Source: a virus (taxonomy: Duplodnaviria > Caudoviricetes). Taken from it: a stretch of 63,907 nucleotides of DNA. The notes below the pieces were generated by a model, which was not told the origin of the DNA, did no database searches, and was given only the letters and a program-made list of their open reading frames with translations. The stretch covers positions 1 to 63,907 of IMG/VR virus record IMGVR_UViG_3300021598_000858. The stretch is one strand, 5' to 3'. A program made the translations under genes and the position numbers. Shown piece after piece: positions 27,372 to 34,398 of this stretch. How positions within the stretch are numbered: position 1 is the stretch's first letter; each line of letters starts with the position of its first letter.

Positions 27372-27481
27372 TGTTTGTGTTGACCCACCCATCTTATATT
27401 AGATTACCCACCCTATTTGAAGGCCCTTGCGGGCCTACTCCGCATATTGGCCATAGGCTTTAGCCTATGGCCAACACAAAC
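27372..27481. repeat. Module-junction element E (degenerate, branched interior)
   Basis: TGTTTGTGTTG at 27372 and CCAACACAAAC at 27471, enclosing two small hairpins. Confidence 0.75.
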
Positions 27482-27722
27482 CCTGTGGCGCATATCACAA
27501 GAGAGCAACGGCGTGTCGGCTTGACTAGCCGAGAGAGTTAGGCTACTGCCACGACGAGAGATAGGCTTATTAGGCTTATTAGGCGTAAGGCCAGACCTAC
27601 GGCTAGGGTCGAGAGAGCCGTATATGATAAGAGAGCGTAGGCCTATCCCACCCTTCCTTCCCTCTCTCTCTATATAACAAGAGATAACCCTATTACCGCG
27701 CCGTCGGGGGCATAGAAGGGGT

Positions 27723-27760
27723 TGTGGATAAGTAAGAGAAAATCGTTATACAAACGTTAT
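27723..27760 (+). promoter_or_regulatory. Module 7 control region
   Basis: TGTGGATAA-N13-GTTAT-N6-GTTAT upstream of the AAA+/VWA operon. Confidence 0.8.
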
Positions 27761-27853
27761 CAAAATAGAGCCTTCGGGAGTGGAATTAAATACGGAAATA
27801 GGCTTAGATAGGAACTAGGCAACAAGGCCTACAAGAAGGGAAACCCGAACCAA

Positions 27854-29311
27854 ATGTCACTCGCACTACTCGTCGTATCAGACGACCAACTCGAGGGCTT
27901 ACCTGCCCAAGCGCAGACACTCATCTTATCCGACGATACCGAGGTATATACATACCACCGCGTATCGAACGGCATGAAAGGTCGAGGTCAGGCGTGGAAG
28001 CAAGTATCACCCGCACAACTACCAAACAACCCTATCTCTCATGAACCATGCGCAGTAGTCTTATCAGACCGCGACCGCGACATGATGAAACTAGGTCAGA
28101 TTACCAATGTCGGTATCAAGGTGTTATACGCACTAGAAACAACTCCTACCGCAACCGCGCCCGAGGCGCACAATGAGGTCGCAGGTAGCCTTATCGCTCG
28201 ACTAGAAATCGGTGACAATAGCCTTAACGACTACATCACCGACAAGCGCCGTAACCAAGGTGTATCTATTAGGCCTATCGTGAAAGGTGTTGATACGCCT
28301 ATCGCGCAAGTAGCACAAGTGGCAGAGGTCGCTACTAAGGTTATCGTCGAAACCCCACGACCAACCTTATCGCTCGTAAATGCCATGGTAAGCGTACCCG
28401 ACAAGAAATGGGCAGAGGCTTATATCAACCGCAAGTTCAAAGCCGACGACCGCGATATCACAGACTTCGAAATCTATGATTACGCAAGGGAAAACGCCAT
28501 GAACGTTCTAATTGAAGGTCACGCAGGAAGCGGTAAGACTATGAGCGTTCAAGCATACGCAAGCGCTCGAGGCATGCGTTACTTCAACGTCGCATGTCAT
28601 ATCGGGCTAGAAGCCTCTCACCTAATCGGTCGTTGGATACCAACCGCCGACGGTCACTTCAAATGGCAAGACGGCGCAGTTACAGAGATAGTTCGTAACG
28701 GTGGCGTACTCCTATTTAACGAGATTAACTTCATGCCCGAGCGCCTATCAACGTTCATATTCTCACTCGTTGATTACCGCCGAGAAATCCAAATCATGGA
28801 AAACAATGGTGAGGTTATCAAGGCTCACCCTAACCTTATTATCTTAGGTGACATGAACCCCGACTATCGCGGTACTCGACCACTCAACCAAGCGTTCGCA
28901 GACCGATTCTCAATAAGATTATCGTTCCCATACGATAAGGCTATCGAGAGCAAACTTCTCAAGTGTAAAGCGCTCGTTGAAATGGCAAACCAACTACGCG
29001 ACGAGTTCAATAAGGGTACGCTCGCTACTCCTATCTCAACTCGTTCTCTCGTAGCGTTCGTGACTAACGCAAAGACGTTAGGCATGGAGTTCGCTATCAA
29101 TAACTACATCAACTCCTTCGAAGGTGATGAGGAACGCTCGGCGGTACGGTTGGTAGTCAATACTCACCGCGACAATATCGCAGAGGAATTAGGGTTAGCG
29201 GTACTTTCAATTAAGACCGACGAAACTAAAGTAGAAATGCTAGAGGATAACCTTACTAGCAACTCAACTACTTTTAATATCCCTATCACCAACCATACGG
29301 CGGTAATCTAA
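27854..29311 (+). CDS. MoxR/CbbQ-NorQ-type AAA+ ATPase
   Basis: GHAGSGKT, F.WQDG, LLFNEIN (Walker B variant), MNPDYRGTRPLNQAFADRF, ISTR. Confidence 0.85.
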   Translation: MSLALLVVSDDQLEGLPAQAQTLILSDDTEVYTYHRVSNGMKGRGQAWKQVSPAQLPNNPISHEPCAVVLSDRDRDMMKLGQITNVGIKVLYALETTPTATAPEAHNEVAGSLIARLEIGDNSLNDYITDKRRNQGVSIRPIVKGVDTPIAQVAQVAEVATKVIVETPRPTLSLVNAMVSVPDKKWAEAYINRKFKADDRDITDFEIYDYARENAMNVLIEGHAGSGKTMSVQAYASARGMRYFNVACHIGLEASHLIGRWIPTADGHFKWQDGAVTEIVRNGGVLLFNEINFMPERLSTFIFSLVDYRREIQIMENNGEVIKAHPNLIILGDMNPDYRGTRPLNQAFADRFSIRLSFPYDKAIESKLLKCKALVEMANQLRDEFNKGTLATPISTRSLVAFVTNAKTLGMEFAINNYINSFEGDEERSAVRLVVNTHRDNIAEELGLAVLSIKTDETKVEMLEDNLTSNSTTFNIPITNHTAVI

Positions 29312-29313
29312 TC

Positions 29314-31218
29314 ATGGGTTACAGATACTCTCAAGATAGCGCCGACCAACTACTACGCGAGTTATACAACACTCAAGAGTGGAATAGCGAGTTAGGTCGC
29401 TTCGAGTACGACGAGGAAGCGTTCGAGGCCAAGCAAGAGGCTTATCAAGCGCACAAAGAAAAACTATCGTCGGTCGGTGTTATCTACTCAAAGGCCGATA
29501 GCATTATCACAGGTGACAAGATAGAAGTACGCGTTGATGATTCGCCCGAGTTAGAAACCACCGCATATAACGACGGTAAGGCTATCGTGTTCAACGCACA
29601 CTTACTCGAGGATATCGACGATAACACTATCGTTAGCCTTCATGGGTTCAACTATCATGAGGTCGCACACGTTCTTTATACTCCACGCGCTAACTCCGAG
29701 TTAGGTCAATGGGTTATAGAGCAAGGTTATCGCCGAGCCATGAACATACTCGAGGATAGTCGTATCGAACGACTTATCGTTGCTAAGTATCCTGCCGTTC
29801 AACCGTTCGTAGAGGCTTCAACGCTTGACTACATACTCAAGGGTGATTCGAGCGAGTGGGCTTCCTTATTTATATTAATTACAGGTCGCAAATACTTAGA
29901 TTACGATATTCGACAAGATATCGCTACGCGCTTCGCTAAGCAGTTCGGCAAAGCAACCGCGATAGCCTTAGCGGATATTATCCATGAGTATCGAACACTA
30001 GCCTTCCCTTCCGACTACGACCGAGCAAAGCGACTTATCGCAGAGTTCGCAAAGTACGTTGGTAATGATGAGCAAAATCCACCGCCTATCGTGCCACAAA
30101 ACGGCAACGGCTCATGCGACGGTCATATCGACCGCCAAATGATGAGGAAAGGTCGAGCCGAGGGCAACAAGGAACAACAACGCCTACAAGATAAGGCTAA
30201 CGCTTCCGAGCAAAACTCAAAGCGTGAGGAGTTCAACGGCGACAACGGCGACAAAGAAGTCGGCGACGGCGCTCAAGGTGTCGGCGACCAAATCACCACC
30301 AAAGAAGTTCAAGATGAGTTCTCTGATGAGGATAAGGCGCTCAAAGATAAGATTAACGCCGAGTTATCTAATATAAGAAACAACGATAACGTTCGCCGAG
30401 ATACCGCAGAAGTTCGTAGAGCGATTATGGATAACGACGTTATGCGTTCAGGTGTTAAGAGCGCTAACTATAAATACATGAGCGTACCTATGACCGCCAA
30501 CGCGAGCGCTCGTAGATTCGCTTCGGAGTTAGAGCGTATTCGTATCGATAACGACCCTGCTTGGGAGTTAGAGAAAGAAAGCGGTAGGCTTAACATACAA
30601 CGTGCTATGCACTCTGATATCAACGATATCAATAAACTATTCGACCGTTGGAGTGAGGGAAACTCTGCCAACGATATCGAAGCGGTAATCCTAGTGGATA
30701 CGTCGGGTAGTATGGGCGGTCGTATCTATAAAACTATGGAAACCGCATGGATATTGAAGCGCGGTATCGAGCGTATCAACGGTAGGGTAACGGTGTATAA
30801 GTTCAACCATGATAGCCGTATTATCTACAAAGCAGACGAGAAGGCTAAGGCCGACGAGTTTAGATTCGTAGATAGTAGTGGTAGCACTAACCCCTTCAAG
30901 GCGCTTATGGAAGCCGAGCGCGTTCTTAACTCAAGCCGTAAGAATATAAAGATATGCTTCATGATTACCGACGGCGAGTGGGATAGTACCGACGTTAATA
31001 ATGGGATTATCTCACGCATGAACAACGCAGGTGTTCTTACAAGTGTCGTATTCCTTGGCAACTTAAACTATGTCAAAGAGCATGACCGCGAGCGCTACGA
31101 GGAATACTTAATAACCTTGCGCCATGGCGCTAAGTTCTTTCGTATCGTTGATGAAGCCAAAGATATTCTCGACGTAGCCAAAGACCTAGTTAAATCTCAA
31201 ATGAGGTCGAGGCACTAA
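29314..31218 (+). CDS. VWA-domain protein with N-terminal HExxH metallopeptidase-like domain
   Basis: HEVAH, NILEDSRIE, MIDAS DTSGSM, ITDG; canonical partner of the upstream AAA+. Confidence 0.85.
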   Translation: MGYRYSQDSADQLLRELYNTQEWNSELGRFEYDEEAFEAKQEAYQAHKEKLSSVGVIYSKADSIITGDKIEVRVDDSPELETTAYNDGKAIVFNAHLLEDIDDNTIVSLHGFNYHEVAHVLYTPRANSELGQWVIEQGYRRAMNILEDSRIERLIVAKYPAVQPFVEASTLDYILKGDSSEWASLFILITGRKYLDYDIRQDIATRFAKQFGKATAIALADIIHEYRTLAFPSDYDRAKRLIAEFAKYVGNDEQNPPPIVPQNGNGSCDGHIDRQMMRKGRAEGNKEQQRLQDKANASEQNSKREEFNGDNGDKEVGDGAQGVGDQITTKEVQDEFSDEDKALKDKINAELSNIRNNDNVRRDTAEVRRAIMDNDVMRSGVKSANYKYMSVPMTANASARRFASELERIRIDNDPAWELEKESGRLNIQRAMHSDINDINKLFDRWSEGNSANDIEAVILVDTSGSMGGRIYKTMETAWILKRGIERINGRVTVYKFNHDSRIIYKADEKAKADEFRFVDSSGSTNPFKALMEAERVLNSSRKNIKICFMITDGEWDSTDVNNGIISRMNNAGVLTSVVFLGNLNYVKEHDRERYEEYLITLRHGAKFFRIVDEAKDILDVAKDLVKSQMRSRH

Positions 31219-31227
31219 TAAGGTTAG

Positions 31228-31273
31228 GCGCGGTGGGCTACCCCTTCCCCCCACCGCGCTTATCAACACAAAC
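31228..31273 (+). repeat. Hairpin followed by a right half-site of the junction repeat
   Basis: GCGCGGTGGG/CCCACCGCGC, then CAACACAAAC at 31264-31273. Confidence 0.55.
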
Positions 31274-31307
31274 CCGCAAACGGAAGAAATCACAGAAGCA
31301 GGAAGTT

Positions 31308-31508
31308 ATGGAAATAGAAATCACCGAGGAAACAAATATAGATTACAAAGTTCTATTAAAGGAAACGTTACTTAAACTCGTTGGCGCTACTGAAGCAAGC
31401 GACCACCCCCAAGCAGAATATCTGAACAACTTAGCGCTAACCGCTATTGACTACTCGTTCTATTTAGAGGATAATTCGAAGCAGTACCAAGTACGAAAGG
31501 GAAAATAA
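31308..31508 (+). CDS. Hypothetical protein
   Basis: Start MEIEITEE after AGGA. Confidence 0.5.
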   Translation: MEIEITEETNIDYKVLLKETLLKLVGATEASDHPQAEYLNNLALTAIDYSFYLEDNSKQYQVRKGK

Positions 31509-31509
31509 A

Positions 31510-31821
31510 ATGGGTGCTATGAAAGACTTACTTATGTCAAGGCAATACGCAGACGTAGTAGAGAAATATCTACAAGGAGATTCAAACGCTATATATCTAA
31601 TAGATACCGCTATTGGTGCGACGTTAGATATATGCGCCTTACGAACCGACGACGACCAAAGACTATCGGAGTTATTCGATTACCACGACGCACGCGGAGA
31701 AATTGATATGGCTATTGATAGTATTGAACCGCACGCAGAAGCGCTAGGATTAAGAGCGCCTATCTACGACGAAGCCGACGAACGTGACCTTGAAAACGGT
31801 TACGGAATAGACGGAGAGTGA
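31510..31821 (+). CDS. Acidic hypothetical protein
   Basis: 103 aa with RBS. Confidence 0.6.
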   Translation: MGAMKDLLMSRQYADVVEKYLQGDSNAIYLIDTAIGATLDICALRTDDDQRLSELFDYHDARGEIDMAIDSIEPHAEALGLRAPIYDEADERDLENGYGIDGE

Positions 31822-31954
31822 CCATGGCAACGTGTACATGGTGCGGTGATGAAATGGGCACTAGCAGGTGGGATAACCACAAGTGTATCGAGCCCGACGA
31901 CGAGGAATAAATATAATATAGAAACCAAGCCCGACTACAAGAAAGAGGCAACGC

Positions 31955-32377
31955 ATGAGTGCTGAGTACTACGACGAGTACGGCAACGAAATTATAGACG
32001 CTGAGATTATTAGCGAGAGCGACGACGCGGTAGAGGAATTACCGCCGTTATGGAACGAGGTTGGACATCACCTCAAAACTAGATTCGATAAACCAATACC
32101 CTTATCAATGATAGACCCTTGCTTAGAGGCTATCGAGAGAGCGAACAACGGTGAGTGGGATTCAATGATTACACTACCCGACGGCAACTTATACAAAGGA
32201 GAACCACAAGCCAGCGTTAGAACCATAGTGGATAGCCATGCGCTTCAACAATGGATAAAGAACCAAGAACTTATCACCATATCCGACGACGAAGGCAATA
32301 TTGTGTGGCAAGGGTACGGAAAGAAAATAACCCTAGCCGAAGGTGTTGCGAGAGAGGAAGGTCAAGATGAGCAGTAA
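31955..32377 (+). CDS. Acidic hypothetical protein
   Basis: 140 aa, GAGG RBS; HL...F..PIP.SM..PC.EAI motif. Confidence 0.65.
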   Translation: MSAEYYDEYGNEIIDAEIISESDDAVEELPPLWNEVGHHLKTRFDKPIPLSMIDPCLEAIERANNGEWDSMITLPDGNLYKGEPQASVRTIVDSHALQQWIKNQELITISDDEGNIVWQGYGKKITLAEGVAREEGQDEQ

Positions 32378-32512
32378 AAAGGATTACTGTTGTTGGGAGT
32401 TTGGTGGAGAGAGAAACCACCAGTACTCGTTGTGGTGTGAGTGCTGTACGGGTTGGTGTAAGACTTGCTCGTATCCTATTGGCTATAAATTAATTGAAAG
32501 TAGGTAAATCAA

Positions 32513-32668
32513 ATGAGAGATAATGCAGGAAATGAGATTCTATACACTCCAGCAGAAGAACCAGCTCAACGCTGCGGCTGCGGAGATGCTTGCCCATGTA
32601 GCAAAGAGAGTTCAAATATAGATAACGGACTTCCTATTATAAGTAAGGAAAGAGAGTTACCGCTATGA
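32513..32668 (+). CDS. Small Cys-containing protein (51 aa)
   Basis: Read by hand; CGCGDACPC. Confidence 0.4.
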   Translation: MRDNAGNEILYTPAEEPAQRCGCGDACPCSKESSNIDNGLPIISKERELPL

Positions 32669-32811
32669 AATGCTCAAAGTGTTTGGTCGAATACGACAAC
32701 GGCGAGGTAATCGCCCCTATTGATGAGAGCGCTATTGACGAAGCAAGTGAAATGGGTGTAGCGTTCTGCGTAATGTGCGTGCCACCGAAAGGTGACCAAG
32801 CACCGTTCTAA
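32665..32811 (+). CDS. Small Zn-finger protein (48 aa)
   Basis: Read by hand; CSKC...CVMC; ATGA overlap. Confidence 0.5.
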   Translation: MKCSKCLVEYDNGEVIAPIDESAIDEASEMGVAFCVMCVPPKGDQAPF

Positions 32812-32820
32812 GGAGAAAAA

Positions 32821-33243
32821 GTGCAGACGTTCTTACCGCTTCCTGACTTCAAAGAGAGCGCTCGAGTTCTTGACGATAAGAGATTAGGTAAGCAGAGAGT
32901 TGAAGCCTATCAAGTCATGCGTGTATTAGCGGGCATGACAAAAGGTTGGCGCAACCACCCCGCCGTTCTTATGTGGAGAGATTACGAGGGCGCGTTGTAT
33001 GAGTACGGCCGATTAGTTTGTGTCGAGTGGCGCGAACGTGGCTTCAATGATTCCCTATTGGAAGCCTTCCCCAAAGATAAGGTAGTATTACCACCATGGC
33101 TAGGTTACGACGAGTTCCACACTTCGCACCAAGCCAACTTAGTCAGGAAATTACCCGAGCATTATCGTAAGTACTTTCCCGAAGTAGATGAACACTTGCC
33201 CTACTATTGGCCTACAAAGGAGACAACATGGCTAGAAAAATAG
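32821..33243 (+). CDS. Pyrimidine-dimer DNA glycosylase-like protein (T4 DenV / MSMEG_6728 family)
   Basis: MQTFLP...SA..LD.KRLGKQRVEA.Q...GWRNHPAV.MW...PPWLG...H.SH..NL.RK...Y.WP. Confidence 0.85.
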   Translation: MQTFLPLPDFKESARVLDDKRLGKQRVEAYQVMRVLAGMTKGWRNHPAVLMWRDYEGALYEYGRLVCVEWRERGFNDSLLEAFPKDKVVLPPWLGYDEFHTSHQANLVRKLPEHYRKYFPEVDEHLPYYWPTKETTWLEK

Positions 33244-33533
33244 AAAGAACCTTCAAAGCAACGTTGATGAAAAATACCGTAAAAGGTGGCGCGTGGAAGG
33301 TTACATACACAATTACCGAAAGCCGTAGCAACGGTTTAGGCGGATATGATGAAATTGAAATTGATAACAACGTTACTGCGTGGGCTAATGCGAGCGCGGG
33401 AAAGAGATATATTAAAGAAAGAGTTCAGCAACTTACGCCAAGAAAGAGCGTAAAGCTCACTGTGGCCAATGAAGATGAGAACGGCAAACCGATTAAACTT
33501 CAAGGTACTTTAATATATAAGCAGGATATTTAA
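33228..33533 (+). CDS. Hypothetical protein
   Basis: Start MARKIERT after AAGGAG. Confidence 0.65.
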   Translation: MARKIERTFKATLMKNTVKGGAWKVTYTITESRSNGLGGYDEIEIDNNVTAWANASAGKRYIKERVQQLTPRKSVKLTVANEDENGKPIKLQGTLIYKQDI

Positions 33534-33813
33534 ATGAGTAATCCAATTATCCCTGAACCTCTGTGGGATAGGCCGATGCCCAATATACCTGACGAAGAGA
33601 TTTACGAAGACGACGACGATGAAGATTAGAGATGAAGTTATGGCGTTGTTTCTGCGTAGGAGAGCCGACAAAGCGTTTAAATTAGCCACTTGCTACACCT
33701 GCAATAGAACAATGCTTGTAACCAAAGAGAACCTTAGGGTGTATAACTACTGTTCCTCATGTAAATAGTCTTTTATCCAAAGCGTTTAGGGTCAGCCTCT
33801 ACCCCTTAACGCA

Positions 33814-33851
33814 AGAAAGGCCACCTAGTTTCGGGTCTAGGTGGCCTTTCT
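33814..33851. terminator. Bidirectional terminator at the junction of the convergent blocks
   Basis: AGAAAGGCCACCTAG-loop-CTAGGTGGCCTTTCT. Confidence 0.85.
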
Positions 33852-33969
33852 GCTTAGTGCCCTGTTAAAGAGCGCCAAATATCTACGCTTATCCTGTTTG
33901 CTATGTATAGGGCAAATAGATTTAAAATAAGTTGCGGTAGTACTCCGTTAGTCTTTTTCTTTATTGGTG

Positions 33970-34398
33970 TTAAGACGGCCATTTTACGTTTCCATTAACT
34001 ACGAATACTAACCCTAGAGAGTCTCCCTTGGATAGATAAACTTCGTTGATTCCTGTTTGCGCCCAACCCCACTCGTTAAATAAAGGTAGAACGCTGTGTC
34101 TTTTAATTAGAATAGCCCAATATGCTTCTGCTGGTGGCATGTCTTTGCATAGCTCCATCGAGGCATCTGGTCTGCCATTCACTCTACATACGACTGCATT
34201 TCCATATTTTTCGGTGCCTTCTATTTTATAATCCGCATTTTTTAATAGAACTAGGGCATTTGTATTGTCTGCCGCGGATATACAGCTCGAGCTCACCTGG
34301 TTGACGTTGTCATCTACATAAAGATTTATGCAGTTATCAGGCTTATTAACATAGAATAAGCCACCTACAATTAAAGCGATTCCCGCAAGAAACTTCAT
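33970..34398 (-). CDS. Exported protein, putative cobalamin-binding (DUF4430/transcobalamin beta-domain-like)
   Basis: N-terminal TM; G...YG..VVCRVNG.P...C..MPP..AYW...W..AQTGI...L..GDSLG.VF; ATGA-coupled to nrdJ. Confidence 0.55.
   Translation of the reverse strand: MKFLAGIALIVGGLFYVNKPDNCINLYVDDNVNQVSSSCISAADNTNALVLLKNADYKIEGTEKYGNAVVCRVNGRPDASMELCKDMPPAEAYWAILIKRHSVLPLFNEWGWAQTGINEVYLSKGDSLGLVFVVNGNVKWPS

Noticed and set aside
22664-27481. Junction repeats as a CRISPR array, with the Cas4-like gene as cas
   Set aside because: The repeats are inverted pairs separated by whole genes rather than 30-40 nt spacers. Solo Cas4-like nucleases are routine phage recombination genes, and no other cas genes are present.
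27854-31218. CobS/CobT cobaltochelatase as part of the B12 story
   Set aside because: MoxR-type AAA+/VWA pairs are common in phages and often mislabelled this way. There is no CobN or other corrin synthesis gene.
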